Virus record (IMG/VR): IMGVR_UViG_3300020042_003594
DNA length: 64,000 nucleotides
DNA from: an uncultured virus (IMG/VR IMGVR_UViG_3300020042_003594)
Lineage: Duplodnaviria > Heunggongvirae > Uroviricota > Caudoviricetes
Strand: one strand, 5' to 3'
Below, piece after piece: positions 47,885 to 57,745 of this stretch (positions are counted from its first letter, which is position 1; the number at the start of each line of letters is the position of its first letter). The position numbers and the translations under genes are program-made. The notes beneath the pieces were generated by a model that worked only from the letters and a program-made list of their open reading frames with translations, searched no databases and was not told where the DNA came from.

Positions 47885-48514
47885 TTAGAATAATTTTAAT
47901 TTCTTTGCTAGTAGTCCTGCAGCAATAGCCCACCCAACTGGCCCCATACCTAATAAAGCAGCTTCACCACCAGCAGCAGCAGCAGCACCCAATCCAGCAG
48001 TAGCTACTGGAGCAGCAGCAGCGGCAGTACCAGCAGCAGCAGTGCTAGCTAGTGCTCCGGGAACTGCAGTTGCAGTTAAAGCTCCGGGAATTGCACTTGT
48101 TAATGCACCAGTAGTTGCAGCTTCTGTACCTAATAGTGCTGCATTTCCAGCAGTAGAAGCTAATGGGGCTGTTAGCCCAGTAATACCTGCTTCAGTAAGA
48201 GCCGTAGTAGCAGCAGGAGTAACAGCAGGAGCTAAAGACATTGCAGGAGCAGGAGCGCCTAATAATGCTTGTGAAGCAGTGCTTGTTGTAGGCGCAGCCA
48301 AAGGAGCGCCATAAGCTTTATAAGCAGTCTGCATACCTGTACCTAAAGCATCAACTCCTTTAGTAATCCCCATTGTTGTTAGTTGTTGACCTAGAGGGTC
48401 AGGCGCTACGGAAGGGGGAGGAGCTTGCTCAGTTGAAGGTTGTATAGAAGCGGCTAAAGGAGCAGCTTGCTTATTAGTTTTAGTCCATGCCCAAGGATCA
48501 TCTTCTTCACGCAT
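47885..48514 (-). CDS. Ala/Gly-rich ejection protein
   Basis: C-terminal GMGPVGWAIAAG hydrophobic segment; located in the ejection cluster. Confidence 0.65.
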   Translation of the reverse strand: MREEDDPWAWTKTNKQAAPLAASIQPSTEQAPPPSVAPDPLGQQLTTMGITKGVDALGTGMQTAYKAYGAPLAAPTTSTASQALLGAPAPAMSLAPAVTPAATTALTEAGITGLTAPLASTAGNAALLGTEAATTGALTSAIPGALTATAVPGALASTAAAGTAAAAAPVATAGLGAAAAAGGEAALLGMGPVGWAIAAGLLAKKLKLF

Positions 48515-48516
48515 GA

Positions 48517-49212
48517 TTATTTACCACCAGCAACTGTTTGTTGTCTGGCAGGATTACCATAGATAGTAGAAGCATAACGTTGTAGTGCTTGGTAAGGTGC
48601 ATCTGCTTGTTGTTGCTCGATAGAACGTTGTTGTCCACCTAAGTTTGCCATACTGGAAGCACCTGAACCAGCAATACTAGATCCAGTAGTAACACCTTTT
48701 TGTAAGGCTTCTTCTGCTGACATTCTATTTTGAAACATTTTGTTTTCATAGTCAGCGTCTACTTTAGCTAGTTCTGCAGTTGTTGCTGCATTTTGTGAGC
48801 CTTGCATAACAGCTTGTCTGGCAGAACCTAATGTACCTGCTCCACCAAAACCAGTATTTAATCCTGCAACCTTTTGTTGAGCACCTTGTATAACAGCTTC
48901 TTTTTGAGCAGCTAATGTAGCAGCACTAGGAGTAGTAGCCATGTTAGTTAGTCTGGTATTTTGATCTTGAATAGTATTTAAACCTAATTCAGTAGCACGA
49001 CTAATACCACCGGCACCTTCATTAAAAGCTCTATCTTGTAGGGTGCTTGTTCCTGCCACGTTATCTAGTTGACCTGAACCATACAATGATTCAGCTTGAC
49101 CTTGTACTCTTTCAATAGCGGGTCTTGCCCATGCAGGGATTGTCTCAGTTGTTGTTGGGCTATTACCGCCACCATAGTTACGCTTGATAGCGCCTTTTAA
49201 TTTGTATGTCAT
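48517..49212 (-). CDS. Internal virion / DNA-transfer protein
   Basis: GGG..TTT..P.W, G..GSAR, Gln-rich, PYQ.L..Y pattern. Confidence 0.7.
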   Translation of the reverse strand: MTYKLKGAIKRNYGGGNSPTTTETIPAWARPAIERVQGQAESLYGSGQLDNVAGTSTLQDRAFNEGAGGISRATELGLNTIQDQNTRLTNMATTPSAATLAAQKEAVIQGAQQKVAGLNTGFGGAGTLGSARQAVMQGSQNAATTAELAKVDADYENKMFQNRMSAEEALQKGVTTGSSIAGSGASSMANLGGQQRSIEQQQADAPYQALQRYASTIYGNPARQQTVAGGK

Positions 49213-49625
49213 GTTATATCCTTTCGCATAACTACGTAAGCTTGTTTAAATCCCGGAACATATTTAGGTAAAGCTTTAGCCCAACCTTTACGCCCCCATT
49301 GCTCTATTGCTTTACAGCCAGAGTCTTTAGCAAATTGTTCTACCGCAGGGAACACTTTAGATTGTTCCTCAAAGTTACTTCCAGCAAATAGTATGATATG
49401 AAGTGTTTTGTGTTGAGAGTAATATATAAACTCAGTTAAACCAGCGCCAACAATATTGTTGTCATCTAATACAACCCAACATTGAGCAACCTCATTAAGT
49501 ATTTTCTTCATATAGTCAGTCATAGAAGACTCACCTTGACCTGTGTCCATTGCTGTTTGCAACATAGGTGCGATTATATGCCAGTGTTTTAAGGCATCTT
49601 CAGGGGTTGTTTTATGTATAATCAT
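49209..49625 (-). CDS. GNAT-like virion-assembly protein
   Basis: FAK..GC..I...GRKGW motif; precedes the ejection genes. Confidence 0.65.
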   Translation of the reverse strand: MIIHKTTPEDALKHWHIIAPMLQTAMDTGQGESSMTDYMKKILNEVAQCWVVLDDNNIVGAGLTEFIYYSQHKTLHIILFAGSNFEEQSKVFPAVEQFAKDSGCKAIEQWGRKGWAKALPKYVPGFKQAYVVMRKDIT

Positions 49626-50269
49626 AATTTAGATATAAGCTTTGTGTAGTACTCATCCCAATAAGATTCTTTAGATGGTATATTATAAGTATATGATTTT
49701 ACTTTAGAAGTTTCATTAGTTACTGTGTTAATAGAAGCACCATAATAAGTTCTGAATTCTCCTTTAGGAAAATTATAATTAAAGTATTTACATACTAAGT
49801 CATGATCACATTTAAAATATATATCTATATAGTCATATAACCTGGTAGGGAAACTGTATTCATCTAATGGTTTATAAATACCAGTAGAAAAAATAAAAGA
49901 TCCTTCAGGTAATAAGTAATTATGTTGTAATTCTTTAAATAAAGTTACTTCTTTTCTTGCTGCTTCTTTAGTATTTAAATAAAACTTTAGTTCTAATACA
50001 GGGATATTATTATCAAAACTAGGAGTGAATACTGTGATAGTATTATCTAAGTCATAATGACCTAAATGATATGAAGGATAGTTATCTAATACATCACCGT
50101 ATATATCTTTAATATTATTAGTTAATGTAATACCTTCTTCAGACTCATTTGAAACTAATTTCCTATATCCACCTAAACTAGTAAAGTATTCTTCATTAGG
50201 TTCAGAAGCATAAGCACTTGGTTTACTTATTACTACAGTAAAAGCTTGATTTAAAACCACATTAGTCAT
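49622..50269 (-). CDS. Hypothetical AT-rich protein
   Basis: Tyr-rich ORF. Start taken at MTNVV, overlapping the upstream stop. Confidence 0.55.
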   Translation of the reverse strand: MTNVVLNQAFTVVISKPSAYASEPNEEYFTSLGGYRKLVSNESEEGITLTNNIKDIYGDVLDNYPSYHLGHYDLDNTITVFTPSFDNNIPVLELKFYLNTKEAARKEVTLFKELQHNYLLPEGSFIFSTGIYKPLDEYSFPTRLYDYIDIYFKCDHDLVCKYFNYNFPKGEFRTYYGASINTVTNETSKVKSYTYNIPSKESYWDEYYTKLISKL

Positions 50270-51275
50270 AATCAGCTCCATCAATAATAGGTATGTAAAC
50301 AGGAAATTGAGCTTCAATCTTTTGAACAGAAGTTCCTACGTCTGTTGTTTGAGTAGTACCCCATTCAGTTACATCTATTCCTGATAAACCATATATACGA
50401 GCTGTTTTACCTGTATTAGTTCTTACACCACCAATAAGAAAACCTTGTTTAAAATAACAATACATAGGCCCATAGTTTTCGCACTCACCATAAGTAGTAT
50501 CATAGCCATAAGCTAAATTACCCATATAGAAACTTTGTTGCCATAGATATCTTGCCCAATCAATGTTTAAGAAACTGGGTTTATTCATTAAATTCCAAGC
50601 AACAACTGGTGTAGACGAAGTAGTATCATTTATAATTAATGAACCTAAGTTTGCAGGAGTAACAAGAGTTGTTGAGGTTATTGTAACCATGTCTTTTACT
50701 TTTAAGGTCTTAGTTGAAGAAGAATAAGTTAATCTACCACTAGAGTCAAAAGTATTAATACCGTATCCTGTAGCTGGGTCATCTTTTATTTTAGAAAAAC
50801 AATAAAATGTTAGATAAGGTAATGCTGCATCTCTTGTGCCTACAGGATAAGATACTATTGTTTTAATATACCATACAATCATACCACCAGAAGTAGTACC
50901 TGAGTTAGCAATACTAAGAATAGTTGCTGATATATCTTGGTTTGAAGAATATACAAACACTTGTGGGTAGTCAGGACAGGCTATTGAATAAGTATATACT
51001 CCATTATCATTAGGAATAGTTAAACCAACTGTACCATTACCACACCATCCAAAAGCTTTAATTTCTCTGACACCTGTACCGGCATAACTAGATAACGCAT
51101 TGTATGAGCCTGTTGGGATATTAGTTGTTTTTCTTAAATTACCTGAATCATTATTAAAGAATGTTAACCCAGCACCTGTTACTCTTGTAGCTTTACCAAA
51201 GTATTGTAGGCTGGGCCAGTCAGTATTGAATGATAAACTACCGTTAAAGCCGTATGTTTCTAATCCGTATGCCAT
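50262..51275 (-). CDS. Tail tip-associated protein
   Basis: MAYGL...G and internal YGI..FD..G..TY motifs typical of genes after central tail fibres. Confidence 0.6.
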   Translation of the reverse strand: MAYGLETYGFNGSLSFNTDWPSLQYFGKATRVTGAGLTFFNNDSGNLRKTTNIPTGSYNALSSYAGTGVREIKAFGWCGNGTVGLTIPNDNGVYTYSIACPDYPQVFVYSSNQDISATILSIANSGTTSGGMIVWYIKTIVSYPVGTRDAALPYLTFYCFSKIKDDPATGYGINTFDSSGRLTYSSSTKTLKVKDMVTITSTTLVTPANLGSLIINDTTSSTPVVAWNLMNKPSFLNIDWARYLWQQSFYMGNLAYGYDTTYGECENYGPMYCYFKQGFLIGGVRTNTGKTARIYGLSGIDVTEWGTTQTTDVGTSVQKIEAQFPVYIPIIDGADYD

Positions 51276-51277
51276 AA

Positions 51278-51598
51278 TTAATAACCAAAAATATATATTT
51301 GAACATTATACGATGTACCAAAAGCAGTACCGGGAGACCAAGAAACTATTTTATTAGTTCCAGAATCGTATGAAGATGTGTTCATTGAGTTAAAAGAAAC
51401 TAAGCTATTAAAATCAATAGTAGTAGGCTCGATAGCTGTTTGTGCGATAATAACAGTTCTACCTGCTAGGTTTGCATATGTCCTAGAGCCTGAGCTAGTT
51501 TGACCAACTGAAAATAAATCTATTAAATTGTAGTTAAGGTCATCACTTGACAAAGTAATAACACCACCAGAATTAGATATTTGAAAACCATAGCTCAT
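51278..51598 (-). CDS. Small tail tip-associated protein
   Basis: MSYGFQI.N..G motif, ATGA/TAG coupled. Confidence 0.6.
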   Translation of the reverse strand: MSYGFQISNSGGVITLSSDDLNYNLIDLFSVGQTSSGSRTYANLAGRTVIIAQTAIEPTTIDFNSLVSFNSMNTSSYDSGTNKIVSWSPGTAFGTSYNVQIYIFGY

Positions 51599-52479
51599 GC
51601 TAAGTTACCTATTTTAACTCTTAATACCCCGCTAGCATCATATACTTTAAGAGTACTATTAGTAAGCTCCATCCTTGCACCAGATGTCCCACTATTAATA
51701 GTAGTATTACCACTGGCATCAACGATGAACCTACTGTTAATGTTTAATGATCCAGCTGTAATAGACCCTAGATTAGCGCTTAAAGCACTTAATGATCCTA
51801 CTCTAAAGGTTGCTAAGTAAGGGGAAGCCCAAGTAGTTATGTTTGAGTTAGGGTTATACAAACCATCAATCTGGAATAACACTTCAGTGCTGGATAATCC
51901 GGGAACAGTTCCTTGCCAAGTCTCACTTCCACCCCAAGTATTAGGGTCTGGAAAAGAACTAGATCCAAACGTAGAAAGATTATAAGGAACAGATGCTAAC
52001 TGATTACTGGTAGACTTAGCATAAGCTACTCTACCTAAAGAACCATCATAAGAGATAGTTATTGTAAGGTCAATAGCTCCACCTAACTCCATAATAAACA
52101 GTAGGTCAGGGGCGCTATCTGAAACAACATAGTCTAGGTAAGAACCATTAACTGTTTTATACCAGAATCTTTTTGTTGTACCAAACCCACCTGAGACTTG
52201 ATACCAAGTATAATCTGCTGGTGTAGTTGACTCTGTTGTTGAGTCACTATTAAATAATCCAAAGTAAGCTTTATTAGTAGGTGAGTTAGATAAACCAGTA
52301 CCAATATTATCATCAGCATACTTTACATGGATATACCTTCTTAAGTAACCTATATATTCTCCTGATGGGGAGTAAGCAGACTCAACACTACCTGTACCAG
52401 TAACCTCTTGTTGAAATATAGATTGAGCATATAGATATGCGTCTAACTCAGGATTACCTGTGAATGGTGGGCTTATCAT
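51595..52479 (-). CDS. Tail tip / central fibre-like protein
   Basis: YIHVKYAD...G...S..P.DYTW motif and gpJ-like C-terminus (LKVYDASGVLRVKIG). Confidence 0.65.
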   Translation of the reverse strand: MISPPFTGNPELDAYLYAQSIFQQEVTGTGSVESAYSPSGEYIGYLRRYIHVKYADDNIGTGLSNSPTNKAYFGLFNSDSTTESTTPADYTWYQVSGGFGTTKRFWYKTVNGSYLDYVVSDSAPDLLFIMELGGAIDLTITISYDGSLGRVAYAKSTSNQLASVPYNLSTFGSSSFPDPNTWGGSETWQGTVPGLSSTEVLFQIDGLYNPNSNITTWASPYLATFRVGSLSALSANLGSITAGSLNINSRFIVDASGNTTINSGTSGARMELTNSTLKVYDASGVLRVKIGNLA

Positions 52480-52480
52480 T

Positions 52481-54025
52481 TTATCTCCGATCAGCTGGTT
52501 TGGCATCTAAGCCAAAGGAAGCTAGTCTCCAATAGCCAGATGAAGTAATTCTATAATTAATAACACGACCATTAACTCGTGGATCTACTTTATATCCTTG
52601 TGACTTTTCGTTATTAGGTAAGAAAGTGAAGGTATCTTTTAAGTTAGCATCGTCTACAGATAAATCATAATTTTTAACATAATTGTTTTGTCCTATAACC
52701 CTGATAGTAATATTAGCGTCATTAGGTACTTCATCAAAGATAGGATAAATAGAGGTTATTAAAGTACTACCTGTTACATCTCCGGTATTCATTTTCTTTC
52801 TTTCGATATAAGAAGTATACCCTGCTAAAGCAGTACCATTCCACATTAAGTATCCATCGTTGGTAACTAATGTTTGAGTAGTATTAGTAGTCATGTAGAT
52901 TACACTTTTACCAGACTGCCAAGCACTACTTGCATTATTAGGGCCAATAAAAGAATAAGTAACATTACCTAAAGATCTTTTAGTCCAAGTATTATTTTTA
53001 TATTGATAGATTAAAGCTTCAGTACAAACAGTTGATGCACCTTTAGGATAGCAGATCCAGATTTCTTTTCTTGAAGTATCTTTAATTACATGTACTTTAT
53101 TAATATAACTTTGATTTAAGTTACTAAAGAAATAATTCTTAATCCTGAAGTCAGCGATAGACTCAATAGCACCAGAACCATTATGTAGATAGATATCATT
53201 TCTATCAACAACAAAATGTTTACCATCAAACTCAGTTACACAATCAGTAGAAAGTATACCATAGGTCTTTGAGTATGTAGATACCTTAGTTGTTTGCCCA
53301 CCAATAGTTACAATACTAATACTGTCTGATGAGTACACAAACATATTACCACGTAGTTCAGCCATATCTAAGATAGGGCTTGTTGAGCTTAATTCAAACT
53401 CATCAGCAGTGTCTGTTGTAGTTCCCGGTTGCCATACAGTAGGGATAGCCCCTGTAGCTGCTTGTACTGAGATACGAATAGTTCCTGGTGCATAAGTAGT
53501 AACACCACTTTGATCTAGAGTTAAGTTAGCAGCAACTAAAGAATAGTTTAAAGATCTGATTACTTTAGCGGTTACAGTTAAACCAGCTATATAATTCCAA
53601 TTAGGTAGCGGTTGAAATGTAGAGCCAGCAGTTAAATCATTATATAAACAATACAAAGGAGTTGACTTACCATTGTTGATTACAATAGCAAAACCACCGT
53701 TAAAGGTTGTACCCTGCCAATCACTATCTGTATATTTAATATCAACACTACTAAGCATACTAGATACACTACCGGCAGCATCAATCCTGACTGCATTACC
53801 ATTCTTAACAAATATGTTATAACTCTGATCTGGTCTTTGCCAGTGAATACCAAAGTCAGGAGCAATAGCAACTACCCTATGAGTTGTTTCTCCTGTAATA
53901 GTCTCAATAGATTCGTTATCAAACCTTACATTTGAAACATCAGTGAACGTGTTTAATGGGACTAACATGGCAGGGATATCTGTGTTTAAACCGCCTTGCC
54001 CTAACTTATTAATTTGTTCTGCCAT
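52481..54025 (-). CDS. Tail nozzle / stabilisation protein (tail tubular B-like)
   Basis: GGLN.D.P, NVRF, beta-propeller-like composition, E.W..YP, Y.Y....W. Confidence 0.75.
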   Translation of the reverse strand: MAEQINKLGQGGLNTDIPAMLVPLNTFTDVSNVRFDNESIETITGETTHRVVAIAPDFGIHWQRPDQSYNIFVKNGNAVRIDAAGSVSSMLSSVDIKYTDSDWQGTTFNGGFAIVINNGKSTPLYCLYNDLTAGSTFQPLPNWNYIAGLTVTAKVIRSLNYSLVAANLTLDQSGVTTYAPGTIRISVQAATGAIPTVWQPGTTTDTADEFELSSTSPILDMAELRGNMFVYSSDSISIVTIGGQTTKVSTYSKTYGILSTDCVTEFDGKHFVVDRNDIYLHNGSGAIESIADFRIKNYFFSNLNQSYINKVHVIKDTSRKEIWICYPKGASTVCTEALIYQYKNNTWTKRSLGNVTYSFIGPNNASSAWQSGKSVIYMTTNTTQTLVTNDGYLMWNGTALAGYTSYIERKKMNTGDVTGSTLITSIYPIFDEVPNDANITIRVIGQNNYVKNYDLSVDDANLKDTFTFLPNNEKSQGYKVDPRVNGRVINYRITSSGYWRLASFGLDAKPADRR

Positions 54026-54037
54026 ATAGTCTCCTAT

Positions 54038-54721
54038 TTAAATTTTCTCTTTAATAAATGCTCTAACTAATTGCCCTACAATATCAGACCTGACAATATC
54101 ATTTACTGTAAATCTTACAATAGGTATTTCAATATTATGCTTTTCACATATGTTACAAAACTTAATAATGTTTGAACCATTATCAATATCTGATTGAGTA
54201 GAGTCACCCATTAAAACCATTTTAGAATTTTCACCCAGACGAGTTGTTATTGCTTTTAATTCGTCAATAGTTAAGTTCTGGCATTCATCAACCAGCACTA
54301 AAGAGTTTTCAAAAGATCTACCACGAATAGTTTCAAGTGGTTGTAATTGAAGAACACCTCGTGCTTTAATATATTCGTACTTTGTTTTACCTAATTGCTT
54401 TTCTAGTACCGTAATTAAAGGTAATAACCAAGGAGTTAGTTTATCATTGACATCTCCCGGAAAAAATCCAAGAGACTTACCTGTAGGTACATTACTACGA
54501 GTAAGAATAATATGTTCGTATTTACCAGTTAAGTATAACTGAGCTACTTTAGAAGCAGCACAAAAGGTTTTACCTACACCTGCAGCCCCTAGTGTTACGG
54601 TAATTGGAAAGCTATTTATTGCATCTAACAGCAACTGTTGATTGTGTGTTTTAGGTTGGATATGAAATGAACGAATCTCTCTGACAATACGTTCATTACG
54701 CTGCTTAATGTTTCTTTTCAA
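54038..54721 (-). CDS. phoH: PhoH-family ATPase
   Basis: GAAGVGKT, LGF.PG, RGRSF, DECQN, TRLG..SK...GD..Q.D, VRS. TTG start. Confidence 0.95.
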   Translation of the reverse strand: MKRNIKQRNERIVREIRSFHIQPKTHNQQLLLDAINSFPITVTLGAAGVGKTFCAASKVAQLYLTGKYEHIILTRSNVPTGKSLGFFPGDVNDKLTPWLLPLITVLEKQLGKTKYEYIKARGVLQLQPLETIRGRSFENSLVLVDECQNLTIDELKAITTRLGENSKMVLMGDSTQSDIDNGSNIIKFCNICEKHNIEIPIVRFTVNDIVRSDIVGQLVRAFIKEKI

Positions 54722-54729
54722 TTGTTATC

Positions 54730-54742
54730 CTATTAGGTACCG
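54730..54742 (-). promoter_or_regulatory. Putative phage RNAP promoter (CGGTACCTAATAG) heading the phoH-tail-ejection operon
   Basis: Consensus copy in a 22-nt intergenic gap. Confidence 0.75.
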
Positions 54743-54743
54743 A

Positions 54744-55208
54744 TTAAGTTTGTAATCCTGGTAAGTAAACTGTCTTACCCTCTTTCTTTACTGCTGTTAG
54801 TGCCTGACATTTAAGATTAGATGGGTCATAGGATACGTGAACCCATCCACTATCTGGAACGCCTAACGTATAGAACTCTAGGATTAATTGTGTGTATTGT
54901 AAATTATCTTTAATGTATTGTGCAAGTACTGCGTTAGGTACCCCTGCTATCTCGATGTCAGCAGCCTGTCCTTTGCAGTGGTCAGAAGTACGACTACCTC
55001 CAACAGCAGCATTAACATCAGGGCTACGATAACCACTGTTAACTTTAATACCTACTTTATAATGGTCTCTTAATGGCTGAAGAACTTTTTCAGCTAATAG
55101 TTTTAAGTTTGCTATATCTGTCTCTGTAGGGTTGTTAGGCATATCTTTACGAAGAGCAGTTTCACTCTTTGTCATTTCATGTAAAGAAAAGTTTGCTGTA
55201 AGATTCAT
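54744..55208 (-). CDS. Endolysin, peptidase M15 family
   Basis: SGYRS...N..VGG..SDH..GQAAD and WVHVS. Confidence 0.9.
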   Translation of the reverse strand: MNLTANFSLHEMTKSETALRKDMPNNPTETDIANLKLLAEKVLQPLRDHYKVGIKVNSGYRSPDVNAAVGGSRTSDHCKGQAADIEIAGVPNAVLAQYIKDNLQYTQLILEFYTLGVPDSGWVHVSYDPSNLKCQALTAVKKEGKTVYLPGLQT

Positions 55209-55621
55209 TTCTTAGCTTTCATATCCATAATTTTTTCTAAGGTACGACCACCAAAATAAAAGCTCATTACTAACATACCCCATTGGCCTAATAAAGTAAC
55301 ATATACTTCATTGGCATCTAACTTAAATGCGCTCATCATTGCAAATACAAAGTATCCAATAAAAATAGCAACTAACGTCATGGGTCTGATGTTCTTAGAT
55401 AACCGAGAGTCTGACGCCATATCTGAGTTTAGTCTTTCAGTCAGATTATTTTGTTCTGTTTTATACAATTCAGTGTCATTAGCCATCTTAGCTAACTCAC
55501 CGTCCTGAGCCATCTTAGCTAAGTCTAATTGTGCTTTAGCTTTAGCTTCAGGGTCTGGAATAAGTTTATCAATTAGCTTACCACCAACTTCTAATAGTGC
55601 TGTGAGAGGAAACATGCTCAA
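55205..55621 (-). CDS. Holin-like membrane protein (3TM / GTA holin-like)
   Basis: IDK.IPDP, IRP, two TM segments, FYFGGR..EK; adjacent to the endolysin. Confidence 0.75.
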   Translation of the reverse strand: MSMFPLTALLEVGGKLIDKLIPDPEAKAKAQLDLAKMAQDGELAKMANDTELYKTEQNNLTERLNSDMASDSRLSKNIRPMTLVAIFIGYFVFAMMSAFKLDANEVYVTLLGQWGMLVMSFYFGGRTLEKIMDMKAKK

Positions 55622-56121
55622 CCTTTCTGAAAACTACAATTACCGGCACACTGTTCAAGTATCTCAATTGAGAAATAACCAATAGCACCTACCATAATAA
55701 AAAATACAAGCCCTAGTAGAATGAGTTCAATGAGTTCATCTATTTCTTTTTTACGTTTTGCAGCAGCCTCTCTCTCACGCCGTGCGTCATGTGCTGCTTC
55801 TTTATCAATACTTGCTGCACGAGCTACAATCTTAGCCCACACATCCATTTTATTACTTTGGAAGAACAGCATTTTTACTTCTTCTTCAAAAGCTCTGGCT
55901 TGTTCAATTGCAAGTTCTAGTTCAATAGCTTTTCCCATAGAACTACCACTAAACTTGCCTTGCTTAGACTGGCTAACCACTTTAATGGCATCAGCTTTAG
56001 CTGAAAAAAACTTACCTAAGACAGGGCCAAGACTTTCTACGTCCTGTACGGTCTTAGCTGCTGTCTTAACTAACTTAACTGCTGTTTGTATAGCAGCTAA
56101 CGCTGTGAATGGATCAATCAT
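55618..56121 (-). CDS. Hypothetical protein with C-terminal TM helix
   Basis: MIDPFTA.A N-terminus, coiled coil and TM segment. Confidence 0.7.
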   Translation of the reverse strand: MIDPFTALAAIQTAVKLVKTAAKTVQDVESLGPVLGKFFSAKADAIKVVSQSKQGKFSGSSMGKAIELELAIEQARAFEEEVKMLFFQSNKMDVWAKIVARAASIDKEAAHDARREREAAAKRKKEIDELIELILLGLVFFIMVGAIGYFSIEILEQCAGNCSFQKG

Positions 56122-56255
56122 TTTTTAATCTCCTTGTCAGGCTGTTTAACCCATGTGATACACCAGACATGTTGTCTATTGGGAGACCATCCCCACCTCT
56201 TACATACATATACCGGAGCATATATAGCAGGAGGTGGAGGGGGTAACGCATCCAT
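56118..56255 (-). CDS. Small Pro-rich protein (45 aa)
   Basis: Manual translation MDALPPPPPAIYAPVYVCKRW...WC.TW; coupled to neighbours at both ends. Confidence 0.5.
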   Translation of the reverse strand: MDALPPPPPAIYAPVYVCKRWGWSPNRQHVWCITWVKQPDKEIKK

Positions 56256-56482
56256 TAATTACTCTTAAAGTCTTGAATAAAAATAGCTATAGCAGCTATT
56301 AACCCACCAATCCAGAGTAAAGGTTTAGCCAATTTACTTAAAGTTTCTAATACTTTAAATGCACCTTGAGCAGCATTAAAAGCTTCTGTAACATCTTTAG
56401 TACTGTTGCTTAGATTATCTACTTTACCTTCAACAGCTACAAGTCTGTCATATATTTCTTTATGTGTTATCTCTTCACTCAT
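56255..56482 (-). CDS. Small membrane protein (coiled coil + TM, holin/hemolysin-like)
   Basis: AAGGA RBS and C-terminal TM segment. Confidence 0.65.
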   Translation of the reverse strand: MSEEITHKEIYDRLVAVEGKVDNLSNSTKDVTEAFNAAQGAFKVLETLSKLAKPLLWIGGLIAAIAIFIQDFKSN

Positions 56483-56498
56483 TGGGTTCCTTTATATA

Positions 56499-56645
56499 TT
56501 AAGTTGTGTTGTCAGCAGGTTCGGGCGTGTTGCCCTCTGCCAGCCACTTCAAGTACTCTTGGTAGTCTGTGTTGGCTGGGTCGAAAGGGATGCAAGCGCC
56601 GTCCGTTGTGCGAATGACGGTATTTGTGTTTGTTAATTTGTACAT
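56499..56645 (-). CDS. Small tail-fibre accessory protein (48 aa)
   Basis: [23 protein letters not shown]; paralogue of 58270..58428. Confidence 0.75.
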   Translation of the reverse strand: MYKLTNTNTVIRTTDGACIPFDPANTDYQEYLKWLAEGNTPEPADNTT

Positions 56646-57743
56646 TTATAGCTCCGCTGATGCTGCGTATTGGGCTTCAACAAATGCAACCACCCAAGCA
56701 GCGCCAGCGTTTGCAATGCCACGACACCCTGAAGTTCCAATACTGTCAAAGGTTGCAGTTGTAGTCCCTGATGCACCGTTACGCCCGTAATTAAAAAGAC
56801 CGGATGTGCCGTCATTTGCGTACCCCGTTACAGTTGGTGCTGCACGCTTTTCAACTTTCCAGCGTATTGGTAAAAGCATGTTATTGCTTTGATTAGTTGA
56901 TCCAGCCATAGTCCAAAAACCAGTTGTTGTATTTGTTCCGGGCGCAGTACCAGTGTCGTAGGTTTTCTCATAATACCGCTGGCACTGGATAAGCTGCCGT
57001 CCGTAGTCAATGAACTCAAAGCTGGTGGCGTTACTTCCGCGCTCCAGTTGTACTCCAGTGATGTAGAAGGTTGCGCCGTTTGTTGCAATAATGTTGGTCT
57101 GACCTATAGCGCCAAAATATTGAGCAGATGCCCAAGCGCCAGCAGTTCCTAAGTGGTCAGTTCCAGCACCTAACGACCAACCAATTTGCATACCGATTCC
57201 GTTTGTCGCACCTAACCATGTACCAGCCGTAGGCCCAGCAATAGTGACTGTTTTGTTTTCCCAAGTATTAGCAACAGAAATACTGTATGAAAATGGGTAA
57301 CTGTAATTAGCAGCAGAGTTGTAAATAAACCCGCCAAAAGTGCCTGTTAAGCTAGAACGAACCCAAAAGCTAAGAGTTACAGTTTGAGCCGCCGCAGTCC
57401 CCCACCCAAGGTCGGCGGTATTAAAAGCCTCAATTCTTTGGGCTATGTAATATCTTTGGGTAACTCCAATAGAGGCGTCTGCTGTTGTTACTGTATTTTG
57501 TAGAGAATTGTTAAAACCTGTTGGCGCATTTGTAGACTGAGACATAGTAAAGATGCCATCAGTAGATTGACCACTAGCCCACCACCTGTCGGTACAAAAT
57601 GTCTGACTTGTTGAATTCACCGTAACAACCGCCCCAGCGTTCCTCTGGTCAATCACCATCGCGCCGTTGATGATGCGGTTCTTGAAGCCGTTGTACTGGG
57701 CTTGGGTGTCCAGCATCCCTGCGTTTACTGTTGTGAGTGTCAT
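56646..57743 (-). CDS. Tail fibre / receptor-binding module protein
   Basis: KNRIINGAM.IDQRN...ITGVQLE.G..AT.FE...CQRYY...AEL family. Confidence 0.8.
   Translation of the reverse strand: MTLTTVNAGMLDTQAQYNGFKNRIINGAMVIDQRNAGAVVTVNSTSQTFCTDRWWASGQSTDGIFTMSQSTNAPTGFNNSLQNTVTTADASIGVTQRYYIAQRIEAFNTADLGWGTAAAQTVTLSFWVRSSLTGTFGGFIYNSAANYSYPFSYSISVANTWENKTVTIAGPTAGTWLGATNGIGMQIGWSLGAGTDHLGTAGAWASAQYFGAIGQTNIIATNGATFYITGVQLERGSNATSFEFIDYGRQLIQCQRYYEKTYDTGTAPGTNTTTGFWTMAGSTNQSNNMLLPIRWKVEKRAAPTVTGYANDGTSGLFNYGRNGASGTTTATFDSIGTSGCRGIANAGAAWVVAFVEAQYAASAEL
56983..57077. repeat. ~95-nt near-identical direct repeat, copy 1
   Basis: Matches 58760-58854 with 3 mismatches. Confidence 0.85.
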
Positions 57744-57745
57744 GT

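Noticed and set aside
48124..48136. Extra promoter-like copy CTGTACCTAATAG on the plus strand
   Set aside because: It is inside a coding region, antisense to it, and mismatched in the conserved GG; probably chance.
36875..48314. Numerous antisense ORFs within the large virion genes (also in capsid, portal and RNR genes)
   Set aside because: Shadow ORFs from codon bias, with no RBS or recognisable motifs.
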